Part shown: positions 39,416 through 50,990 of the stretch, piece after piece
Layout of the letters: every line of letters starts with the position of its first letter
How positions within the stretch are numbered: position 1 is the first letter of the stretch
Assembly (NCBI GenBank): GCA_051362555.1
Contig: CM120648.1
Coordinates: forward strand, 17,914,587 to 17,978,586
Direction: 5' to 3'
Length of the DNA stretch: 64,000 bases
Source: Lingula anatina
Taxonomy: Eukaryota; Animalia; Brachiopoda
The notes under the pieces: model-generated
What the model was told of the DNA's origin: nothing
Database searches by the model: none
Seen by the model: the letters and a program-made list of their open reading frames with translations, nothing else
Program-made: the position numbers and the translations under genes

Positions 39416-42400
39416 AGTGAACTGAACCTATAGCTTAAGGTTAAGACAGGTTTTCGGCACAAGCTTGTGTTTTTGGCCCCTGGTTGAGAAGGTTGGAATA
39501 CTAACGTGCGTTCCCTTTGGCAACACCAGTAAACCGTGCGGGTTCGCACATTATAATTAACTTCCATTACACAGACAAGCTGATTCTACGCACTTTCACG
39601 TATTATTATCGTCATGTTTCCGATTAGACTGAATTTAATGTTTTTTTGTTCACTCATTTATTTCTTAATCCCCTAATTCATTTTTCATCTATTTGTTTAT
39701 TTATTGCGGTACTAGATCATTTTACCGTTGCTCTTACCAACAAACAGAATACACATATTTCTAAATAACGAGAAGATTGCAGTAATACGAGATTATAATG
39801 GTTAACCTATACAGTTAAGAAAAAGGCCGTCCTTGGGATTTAAAAAAAATAAACTAAAAACGATGGCTTGTTTCATATTAAAGCTGCATCCCGAAAACTG
39901 GTCGAAAGTTTTAGACCAGTTATTACTTCAGTTAAGATAAATGTCTGTAGCTAGACTTAAATACACAGAGAATTAACTGTTGTGGATAATAAGCCATGGA
40001 TTTCCTGTTATGAAACAAGTGCGACATCTCATTTCATTGGACCACTACTGGTTTGCTTTGGTTCCACGAAGAGTTCTTTGCGTATAAGTTTACAATCATT
40101 TCGAGCTAAAATTTGAGCTTAAGAGAAACATGGCCTTAGAAATATGAAATTTAAAGCACAACATTTCTGTTGTATTAGTTAGCTATCACGCTTCAAACCT
40201 AATTGAAAATGGTCACCTTGGTTACCTGAGTACAGTATATATACTGATGGCATGCAATTACATGGAAATGTACATGAACATGTAAATCAAGCTACTAACT
40301 ACTTCCTCTACTTGCCCATATCACACTGCACTGCACGTAACGTGTGCAAAACTTGTTTTAATATGTTGCAGATTACTTATCTGTAATATTAGTGTCTGGC
40401 ATTGCGTAACTTTGGTCGACAATCAGCTTTCAATCATCAAGTTACATTAAGTGATCGAGATAAAATATACTGAACGTTTCGTTTTAATAAATGGACTGTA
40501 AGAATTAAGGTTCAATTTGCTAACGACTAAATGAACGGATAAAAAAAGTAAATAAAAGATATCAGTGGCTCTTTCACATTTATCACTTATTCTATAATTC
40601 TAAGTGTATTCGAATTAAGAAGGAATGATCAGGTATCCGAGATGTCCGCCGAGTGACACATCATTAAATCGTTTTTCGTAATTATCATTCAACCCTTGAT
40701 TTCAGCAGTTTCCTCTCGGCGTGTACCCCTGTTGTGACTGTAGAAAGAGATACAAATTAGCGTGAGCTGACCATTAGCGAGTGAGCCCTTGTCATTTTAA
40801 TCAATATACTGTTGGTGACTTCGAGAACGAAAACAAACTGCTATATACAGCAGGGGTGGATCCAGAGCTGTTTTCTGACAGTCTTCCAGATTATTTTTGT
40901 TGATCCATCCTCCATTTTTGACCGTCTTCCGATAGAAAAAATTAGATACCCATCAATATAAACTTGGAAATCTGACCGTCATCTGGAAGACCTAGAAGCA
41001 GGCTTCAATCCACCCCTGTACATGGCCATGAACTGTCGGTGACTGGTAGAGTTCAGACTGCAGTGGCGTACCCAGAGGGTACAGTGGACACCCCCTGCAC
41101 CCCCCTTGCACCTCCTGCACCCCCCCCACCCGCCACTCAACTTTAAATTTACCCCCTTCAGACAGAACAGTTTAATGAGCAAAAGCTGAATAGCATCAAC
41201 GTGTCTCCAAATAACAGCAAATTGTCTTTGTTTATGACATTTGATTGATTTTGTCCCGCTACGCTAGGCAATATTTTCTGTCATTTTGCAGCACTGTTGA
41301 CAATTGACGGCTGTATTTTAGGGGACAACACTGGTTTGAGGACATATAGATGCTTTATGATGTGAAAATGAGGTTCCTCTTCGTGCTTCCTGTCGGCATA
41401 TTCAGTCTGTTTTAACATTTGCTTAATATGAATTAAGACAACCGCATGTGGTAGAATTTCAGTGCAGAATATTAGGGTTAACCGCACAACTTTACCTCTT
41501 AACCGCGGTTTCATATACAAACGTATGAATTATTCAATGTGGCAAGTTTTCGTGTCAGTCTAAAAACGTATACAGCACTGAGGGAATCTTTTCACTGAGT
41601 TAATAATCCAGTATACACCACTGTGCTGTGGCACACATGTGACTTATTAAATATAAGATGCTAGCAACCATTCCGTGGGTATGGCCCGACAGTGCATCTA
41701 GCGAGGTGCCTTATAGGGACAATGTCCCGGTCCTGAGAGGGGACGTCTGCGAGTTTGACATGGGTCCTAGGTGGAATAAGCCAAAAATGGGGGTGGGGGG
41801 GTACAAGGCAACAGGGATATGTCGTGGACAATGCACCCACATTTAGTTTTCCTTTTTTATTACAATAATGCAGTCTGAAAGGACAATGGTTATCACACCC
41901 GATAAAATCATTGGGTTTTTGTTACAAATGTCAACTTTATTATTATTTGTTTTACAGCTGTGTCGTTGCAGATACACAATGTTTAATCACGTCACTTTAA
42001 ACTATATAGAGGCGTCTGTCAGATCTTGACCAGGACTTTGACGTATAATTGCCAGAGATTTTTTAATTGGAATAACGAGTCTCTCATTAACGTGGAAATG
42101 CTATGTGAGCCGTCCAATTAAAAGACCATACATGCATTAAAACATGGGTGTTTACGTTCATGTTAGATTACCACCGTTAATATTTGAATGAAAGTTGATA
42201 AAAATAAAATCTAGATTAATTTTCCCCGCTGACATTGGTGCAATATCAAGGGAACAATGTACGGGGGGGGGGGGGGGGGGGGGGGGAGCAAAAGTATTGA
42301 AGCATGGAGAGGGCTGTTCCTCTGGCAGTGTCGGTGGCAATGTGAAGCCCATTTCATTGAAGGCAGCTACCTGGTCACTAAGGCCAATGGCAGTCGGTCT

Positions 42401-42639
42401 TGGCATGGTTGTAGGTATGTTTTGGTGGAGGTCATATCTAGTTTACCCCAACAATCCACTTGATATCAAGGCAAGAAACGTTGTATATAGCCAATATAGC
42501 GCCATCTATTTGTATACCACCCATAGTCTTAACTTTGGAGTTGCCTTACGTTCGCATGTGCTCATGTTTGAACTAGTTAATGTCAAATTATAAATTATTA
42601 CTGACCAGAAGGAATAAAGAGCCAAAATATCAATTTCCA

Positions 42640-43020
42640 TTCAGCTTAAAAAAACTATAAGATTGTTAAAAACCAAGATCTTCGAGGGTATGACAATTAT
42701 TTTGAGCAACCCCGTAAATCAGCTGAAGATTTAAACAGTGCAGCGAATTAGCTTTGCAGTGGTCGCCTAATTGCAAGTTGTGGTTAGCAAAACGGCTGTT
42801 CAAAGAAGGCTTCATATTGCAGGAATTTACACAAGTGTTGCCAGGAGAAAAGCACTTATCACCTTGGTAAATAGACGGAAGAAAGTTACATAGGGTGCGA
42901 GAATAGTTGCGTGGACATTAGGTCAGAATTGGCGCCAATTTTTATTTTCTGATGGGACCATATTCGCCGTTAACTGCGTGATTGGATAAGTGGGGATATG
43001 GAGATAGCATCCACTTCTCA
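42640..43020 (+). pseudogene. Old Tc1 transposase fragment of a different family
   Basis: Translation from ~42780: VVSKTAVQRRLHIAGIYTSVARRKALITLVNRRKKVT*GARIVAWTLGQNWRQFLFSDG, the Tc1 second HTH/linker and W..V.FSDE region. Confidence 0.75.
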
Positions 43021-43546
43021 TCTGCCAGAGAATGTGCAAATATTAGTGTTATTATTATGATTATTATTATGATGATGATGATGATGATGACGATTATTAT
43101 TATTATTATAAAGCATTTATATTCAGAATACTTACACTTCAATGTGTATGCAAATATAAAGGGTCAGTAAAAGAAACGAAAATATGATTTAAATCAATTG
43201 ATTTAAATTAATTCATGGTGAACGAATTTTTTTTACGTCAACGATTCCTTTAAAGTCATACCTTATCCCCCATTGAAATGTGTCCAGAGAGAGACCATCC
43301 TACCTAATAAAACTGGAAGCACATTTAAACCCTTAACTTCAAAAAAGCTGACCAATTTCAAGGCCATTAAACGTGTTCACATATTTTCAGGCATTTACAG
43401 GTATTTCTCGGACAATGTTCTAGTAGTGAAGAAATAAAATATTGTAGATAAATCCGTTATGAGATATTGGTGGATCAGGGTTTCAGATAAATTATGGGCA
43501 TTTTTTTTTCAGCAGAGAATCGTGTCATGGTTTAGACGTGTGTGTG

Positions 43547-43590
<44 letters not shown>

Positions 43591-43643
43591 CTATTGAAAA
43601 AAGCAATCTGTGACCCTGGTTGAAGGTTGACATTAAACTTTAA

Positions 43644-43982
43644 AGGGATAATAACTCTTCGTTTCGGTCAAAAAATGAATTTTCCTGGAGTAAACAACAA
43701 TTTTCCCATACTTATCAATGGTTAATGAATCCATTTTTACATTCAAAGTTAGTCCCTGTTTTTTTCTAAAAAGTTTGTTTTTTTTTTGTTAAAATCTCTT
43801 AAGAGATTTTAACAGAGTATAGCCATCAATGGAGGTCACGTGGTCTAAAGACAAGCTCAGATATCAGAATGATAGCTATAACTGCCGTTTTTGTGATAAA
43901 ACAGAATATAATATATTTCTATGAGTTATTCACAATGTTTTTATTGTGAAATATAGATCTCATACGAAGAGTTATTATCCCT
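43644..43982. mobile_element. Kolobok-like non-autonomous element
   Basis: TTAA flanks at 43640-43643 and 43983-43986. TIRs AGGGATAATAACTCTTCGT / ACGAAGAGTTATTATCCCT. Purine-purine termini with a TTAA target fit Kolobok. Confidence 0.75.
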
Positions 43983-44258
43983 TTAAGAAAATTAAAAATC
44001 CAGAAAATCGAGGATTTCTTTAAGACATATTTACTATATAGCCATCAATGGAGGTCACGTGGTCTAAAGACAAGCTCAGATATCAGAATAATAGCTATAA
44101 CTGCCGTTTTTGTGATAAAACAGAATATAATATATTTCTATGAGTTATTCACAATGTTTTTATTGTGAAATATAGATCTCATACGAAGAGTTATTATCCC
44201 TTTAAGAAAATTAAAAATCCAGAAAATCGAGGATTTCTTTAAGACATATTTACTATAT
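43818..44258. repeat. 219-bp tandem duplication
   Basis: gccatcaatggaggtcacg starts at 43822 and 44041. The two copies are nearly identical and include the right TIR of the Kolobok-like element plus flank. Confidence 0.92.
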
Positions 44259-44489
44259 AAAGCTCGGGGAAAGCCAGACCACAGTCATTCTTGCTGATAT
44301 AGCACTGTCCGATTCAGGGTTTTGCTTAAAAAGGGGGGGGGGGGCGGGCACAGGGAAAATTACTGTTAAACAGTAGATAAAGAGATTTGCTATAATATAC
44401 ATGACACAAGGATTGAAAACATAGCTTGATTATATCGCGTTTCGTTCGTTATTCTTTTAAGGGGTAGTGGGGAGGTGAAAGGTTAAGAG

Positions 44490-45458
44490 GTGTTTGAGGG
44501 GAGTGGGAGTGGGGGTTGAGGTAAGGGTGGAGAGGGGGTTTGAGGGGGTTTGAGGGGAGTGGGAGTGGGGGATGAGGAAAGGGTGGAGAGGGGGTTTGAG
44601 GGGGTTTGAGGGGAGTGGGAGTGGGGGTTGAGGAAAGGGTGGAGAGGGGGTTTGAGGGGGTTTGAGGGGAGTGGGAGTGGGGGATGAGGAAAGGGTGGAG
44701 AGGGGGTTTGAGGGGGTTTGAGGGGAGTGGGAGTGGGGGTTGAGGAAAGGGTGGAGAGGGGGTTTGAGGGGGTTTGAGGGGAGTGGGAGTGGGGGTTGAG
44801 GAAAGGGTGGAGAGGGGGTTTGAGGGGGTTTGAGGGGAGTGGGAGTGGGGGTTGAGGAAATGGTGGAGAGGGGGTTTGAGGGGGTTTGAGGGGAGTGGGA
44901 GTGGGGGTTGAGGAAAGGGTGGAGAGGGGGTTTGAGGGGGTTTGAGGGGAGTGGGAGTGGGGGATTGAGGAAAGGGTGGAGAGGGGGTTTGAGGGGGTTT
45001 GAGGGGAGTGGGAGTGGGGGTTGAGGAAAGGGTGGAGAGGGGGTTTGAGGGGGTTTGAGGGGAGTGGGAGTGGGGGTTGGGGAAAGGGTGGAGAGGGGGT
45101 TTGAGGGGGTTTGAGGGGAGTGGGAGTGGGGGTTGAGGAAAGGGTGGAGAGGGGGTTTGAGGGGGTTTGAGGGGAGTGGGAGTGGGGGTTGAGGAAAGGG
45201 TGGAGAGGGGGTTTGAGGGGGTTTGAAGGGAGTGGGAGTGGGGGTTGGGGAAAGGGTGGAGAGGGGGTTTGAGGGGAGTGGGAGTGGGGGTTGAGGAAAG
45301 GGTGGAGAGGGGGTTTGAGGGGGTTTGAGGGGAGTGGGAGTGGGGGTTGGGGAAAGGGTGGAGAGGGGGTTTGAGGGGGTTTGAGGGGAGTGGGAGTGGG
45401 GGTTGGGGAAAGGGTGGAGAGGGGGTTTGAGGAGGTTTGAGGGGAGTGGGAGTGGGGT
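44490..45458. repeat. 56-bp G-rich minisatellite, about 17 copies
   Basis: Unit ttgaggggagtgggagtgggggttgaggaaagggtggagagggggtttgagggggt, with no C on the + strand. Confidence 0.95.
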
Positions 45459-47024
45459 GTGCGTGTGGTGGTTGGAGGGGGGGGGGGGTCAGAAGCCATG
45501 TGATGCCAGTAACCTCAACACAAATGCCTCATCAGCAATGAGTACTAAATCCAAACCCGTCCTCGAAATAACGACATTTTAATCCGCTTTGGTTTTTCGT
45601 CTTGTTTTCTAACTAACTTCTCGTAATTAGCATTTAGATTGGCGAAAATCGTTATTTTTATTTCTGTGAAATAAATCATTAGACCGGAAACGGGTTTATA
45701 CCTCGTAATCTGTTAACCATTTTGTTTACGAGATATATGCCTCTAATTAAGACGTTCTGTTTAAACAAAAGTATCATTTGACCTCTTATTGATAAAATTA
45801 GAAATAATCCCCGGACGCATATTCGCTGACATCAGATTGCGGTGTTTATATAGGCATTAAATGGTGTTGATCGATAGCTGTTCAGAAATTGTGTTTGAAA
45901 ACGATATCAAAGCTGAATATACTGCTGTGTCGTCATCACCCCCAATTAGCAATGGGCCGGATACAGTTTTGATGTAATAGCATATATTAAATCGTGACAA
46001 TGTTTATTTGTAGATTATCTTAGCGGATAAAAATACTCCATTGTATTGACGTATTTATCGCTAGTCAATCTATTTTATCTTTATATTCATTCTTGCAATT
46101 AAATCAGGTATTTCTTATGAAGAATACGTATGAATGTAAATATAGAAACAAAGAATGGTGATAAAATATAACAAGCAATATCATTAAGCAAACACATCTG
46201 GTCAATGTTTTAACACGGTACGTGTTGCATTTCTTCTTTGTTTACAACAGCAAGGTTAACATTCGGGTAAAATTGACCTTTCTTATAATGGTTTTCCACT
46301 TGTTTATTTATCAAAAAATACAGCTTTTAGGGGGGATGAGTAGTTGCAATAATGACACTGTCAACAGTTTATTGGAAATAACGTTGCCTAAACCCTATTC
46401 ATACCGGGCGAGGCCGTTTACCAAAAGCTTCTGTTGTGTGACAAAAATAAATAAATAAATAAATGAATAAATAATAGAAAAAATAATACTATTTGGTTAA
46501 TAAGGGACGCCACCTGGAAGGAATGTGTAGAAAAATAAGCTGGCATGATGAGGGTTTAGAACATTGCACTCTGTTTCTTAGGGATGGCAAAAATACTTCT
46601 CTAATCCACAGTTATTTAGCCTTATCGGTTTATTTATATTGTTTCTTCTTTAAGTGTAGGTCTGCTGCAAATTTGCAAGAAAGAATTGCAGTTTGCAGCA
46701 ATAATGCAGTAAATTTGCTACATGTTTACAGCAATATCTGATGTCTTGTTAAGGGTCACCTTGATACACCTGACATTGTGGCCCTAAAAGATTGACACAC
46801 CCTTAAAATTTTGTCATTGTCTTTTAACATTATGACATTGTTTGTTGCGCTTTATTCTTTGGTTGTCTGGAAAAGGAAAGGACAAATTGGGACACTGTTC
46901 AGTGAAACGTTTCCCTGTGCAGGTCCATCTCACCTGGGACAGCGATGTGACGGGAATGCTTATATGTAGTACGTTCCCCATTACTGTTCCCAGGTGACAT
47001 AGGTCCCAAAAATTAGCGCCAGTA

Positions 47025-47101
47025 CTCCAACAAACCCTAACCTGTACTACTCATACGGGACACTGTACTTCCATTCCTAGGACTACCATTCCTGTCACGC
47101 C
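47025..47101 (+). repeat. Interspersed repeat fragment; inverted copy at ~60456-60532
   Basis: aaccctaacctgtacta..cata.gggac.ctg.acttccattcctagg.ctaccattcctgtcac is the reverse complement of gtgacaggaatggtagacctaggaatggaagtccagggtcccatatggttagtacaggttagggtt. Confidence 0.7.
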
Positions 47102-48129
47102 AATCCATGTAGTAACGGTTGGGGAATTTCAGCTTTCGTTTTGTGGCATTTCCGGTTGGATTCTGAGTAAATGGAACCATTCCGTTGTTCTTTTTTCGTT
47201 GATGTGCTACACGTTTATGTTAAAAAAGAACTAGATTTTAAGCTCTCACTACCCTAGGCCCTCCCCACCCTACAATAGAACCCGCATGATAATCCTTATC
47301 GGAATATATCATTATATATTATATATGCATAAATATATCATGCTAGTTTCCAAAATTTGACTCTCGATTTTTACCGCTCATGATCACATAAGGTAGCGCA
47401 GGTGACATGATAATGCAAAGATTAGTGCAGCATTTATATATGTAATGGCTTAAGACCAATACATGGGGTATTCGGTATATTTAATGCGATATTCACACAT
47501 GGAAAAGTGTATCAACATTTCTGGGCAACAATGTATTTCTTGTTACGTTTTATTAAGAATAATTATTGTGTTTTCGCTTCTGGGGGGTAATTATTTCCAT
47601 GAATATGATTTCTCGCTAAAGAGAGTTATCTTAGGTCATAGTGACACTATAAGAAGGTACCTCCGTTTGTTTTAATAATTTCATCACCTCTAACAACGCA
47701 GGTCTTGCTTTCAGCGGTATCAGTTTTCTGGACAAGATATTGCAAAACAGTTTTACAAAATTTGATAAGACTGTTTCAAAGGAAGAAAAGACATGATTAC
47801 AAATTAAACTGGCTCTCGATCTTTTATTCTCTTATGTTTCATTATCATTTATATTTTGAATTGGCGAAGATCTGAATTCAGTTGCGGGATGCTCTGTAGT
47901 TTCATAGGTGTAATGAGAAATACAGAATGAGAATGAGGGTTAATTGTACTCAGTCTTAAGTAGTAAGACTGGGATATTGAAAAAAGAAAGAAAGAAAAAA
48001 ACGGCATACACGTTACCAGAGGGAAGTAGCCTGCATGCTTGGTTCTTTTTCTGTTTCTCTCCATCTCTCTTACTCTCTCCCTTTCCCCCTCTATATCTCC
48101 CTCTCTTTCTCTCTGTGTGTGAACTCTAG

Positions 48130-48160
<31 letters not shown>

Positions 48161-48438
48161 CACTGTTAAAGGGTGTATTTCACATGTACAGTATATGTAC
48201 ACAAGGTATTGTTTTAAAACGCCTTAGGTTGTACTGTGCATGCTAATTGTACAGTAATTTTACAGTGGTTGATTTCTTTACTACATTACTGTAGCTTTTG
48301 TCAGCAATGTGTTCAAATAAACAAAAAATAGTTTAGTTTTAGTCCAATTTTGTTCAATTTCCTTTTTTTAATCTCCAAAAAATTTGCTTTAACAGGGAGT
48401 CACCCCAGAGAAACATAACCTTTATTTTACATTCTCAG

Positions 48439-48693
48439 GCGAAGCAGAGCTTTTTGGGAGTTGTACTGAGATGGCTCCAAGTCACATGTCTACAGCCCGA
48501 CCACTGAGAACCAACGTGCTGCAGGATGAAGTGACCGTTACTGAGGACGCGGAAGTGACCATTACGGTGGACAACACAGAGTTGGTCTTCTCCGCTGCCA
48601 GCGAGGTGTCAGAGTTCCTGACGTCAAGTTATGACATCAACGATACGTTATTAGTTGACACCATCCCGGACCCAGAACCAGAGATTTTCTACA
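48439..48693 (+). CDS. Chitin-binding protein, exon 2 (acidic/Thr-rich linker)
   Basis: Acceptor ttctcag, open frame GEAELFGSCTEMAP..PDPEPEIFY, donor A|GTAAGT. Phase 1-1. Confidence 0.75.
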
Positions 48694-49533
48694 GTAAGTC
48701 GTAATTTTATCAGTTGAATTGGTTCCAAATATGTAGAAACTTATTTATACACATGAATGACACAAAACACACACATACACACGCGCGCGCACGCACACAC
48801 ATATGCACGCACGCAAAAATAATAATAAATAAACGTTCACTCGATAAAAATGTTGGGCCTTAAGTATGATCTCAAAATAATGGCGATGACGTCGATCTTT
48901 ACATCTACATGCATTTAACATACTTGTACAGTGTATCCACTCATTTTCAACAGTGTGATACTATCAATAAAAGTTGCCAAATTATATCATTATAAAACCA
49001 TAATAATGGCCGTAGAAGGTCAAAGTTATTGGTCACGATCACTTCATCGCTGTAATTACTAGCGGGATCTCGCGGCTTTGCAGCCTAATGCTAAAGACAC
49101 AGTTCACTTCAGGAGAATGACCACGGTGAGCTGATAAAGGCAGGGTTCTTTGATGCCAGTTCGTTTGAAAACGGAGTCGTTCGTCTCAAAACGCAGCCGT
49201 TGTTTTGTACCCTTGTGGATAAGATATCTCCAGTTCCTTTTGGTCCTGATATATTGAGGCTGTAAGATATCCGTGGATGGATACCGCATCAGTTCAGATT
49301 GTTCTCCGGGACGTCTTGATAACTTAGTTTGGTTTACCCTTTCAAAGTTTGGCCTTCCAAACATGGCCACCTATCTCGTCTTAGAATAAGATATTTTTCT
49401 TTCGATTTATATCCATAAAATATATATATATATTAAAAGCCGACCAAACGACCGCTCTCAGTACCATCAAATGAATAAAGACTGGATTTTAAAACCCTTT
49501 TTCTCACACCAGATTATTTTATCACATCCACAG

Positions 49534-49734
49534 CTGTCCCAAAGTGTAAAGTACCTTACGGAATCCTACCGGATCCATCCGACTGTGGTAGATTTATCAC
49601 TTGTGTGAACGGAGAAGTGGCCAATGCACAGTTTTGTCCTGACGAAAACAACTTTGACTCCATCACCAGCTTGTGCAAACACCCACGGGAGGCCATCTGT
49701 GAGAAAATGGAGGAACCGCTCCGAAACGTAACCG
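49534..49734 (+). CDS. Chitin-binding protein, exon 3 (ChtBD2 domain 1)
   Basis: CKVPYGILPDPSDCGRFITCVNG..FCPDENNFDSITSLCKHPREAIC, six-Cys pattern. Phase 1-1. An in-frame alternative acceptor lies 21 nt upstream. Confidence 0.9.
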
Positions 49735-49996
49735 GTAACCAACTATGTCTTGAATTTCAACCGTTGTCAAATAAAAAAACAAACAAACATTTTCTTTTCC
49801 TTTCAGAATTAACATAGCAAATATCTAAAAAAAAGCCTTCTCTCTACGAAAAACAATATCATCAGTTGAAAAATGACTATAACAATATGATTTCCAACTG
49901 AGACACATTTTCTCTCTCTCTCTTTAGTGTCTGAATCGTTATCAGTTTTTAAGTGGTTTCTAAAGGATTCTCCTTTTTGTCACTTTTGTCATGTAG

Positions 49997-50191
49997 CTAA
50001 TTCAACTTGCGAGAAGTTGACGGACCCCACCACGTGTAACACGTACATAGTGAGGTGCAATAAAGGACCAGAGTACGGAAACCGGACGTACGACATGTAC
50101 TACGCATGCCCAGGAAACATGATATGGGATGAAGAGAAACTGGCATGTGACGCGCCGAGGAAAGTGAAATGCAATAACAGGACACATTATG
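49997..50191 (+). CDS. Chitin-binding protein, exon 4 (ChtBD2 domain 2)
   Basis: CEKLTDPTTCNTYIVRC..ACPGNMIWDEEKLACDAPRKVKC. Phase 1-1. Confidence 0.9.
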
Positions 50192-50204
50192 GTCAGGATT
50201 CTTC

Positions 50205-50274
<70 letters not shown>

Positions 50275-50524
50275 GAAATAAAATAACAAAGAAATTATAA
50301 CACGACGTCTCTTATTCTCTCTCTCTTCTTCCATCTCTCTCTCTCTCTCTCTCCCTCTCTCTCTCACACAAACAAACACAGTGAAATGAAATAACAAAAG
50401 AAATTATAGCACGACGTCTCTAATTCTCTCTCTCTTCTTCCATCTCTCTCTCTCTCACTCTCTTTCTCTTTCACACATATGTAAAAACGATGACTTAACT
50501 AAGGCAGAAGGATTTGTTTTGCAG

Positions 50525-50791
50525 CCACCCCATTGTGTAAGAAACCCAGCGGGAACTTTGAAGAGCCAGCAGACTGCCACAAGTTCCTCTCCTGCTATTT
50601 ATACCGCGTTGTCCGCCACAGACCGTGTCCCGCTGGTCTCTACTACGACCAGGCATCAGACAGATGTGATTATCATTTTAACGTCAATTGTCATAAGCGG
50701 CCCGTGATCGATGTCGTCTTGATGCCAAGGAACACCACCACGGAAGCAGCGCCATCTATGGTCATGTCAATCACCTCAGATGTCGCGGCAG
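50525..50791 (+). CDS. Chitin-binding protein, exon 5 (ChtBD2 domain 3 and Thr/Ser linker)
   Basis: CKKPSGNFEEPADCHKFLSC..RPCPAGLYYDQASDRCDYHFNVNC. Acceptor ttttgcag, donor CAG|GTATTC. Confidence 0.92.
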
Positions 50792-50990
50792 GTATTCAGC
50801 ATCATTGTGCAATTACTTCACATTTCATTAATTTCTTGTTTCTGAAACCAATACCCAGAGGCATTGATTTTAAAGATGTATGGGATAAACGGTGGAGAGA
50901 ATTGCACCATTAGAACGACATACTAACTTTTTTGACATTCTTTCACTCAGATTAATTAAAAAATCTGTTTAGTCTAGGTTATAATAAGTA

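Noticed and set aside
44483-45499. 338-aa proline-rich ORF (extensin-like)
   Set aside because: It is the translation of the 56-bp G-rich minisatellite. The unit is not a multiple of 3, and the ORF is antisense within an intron.
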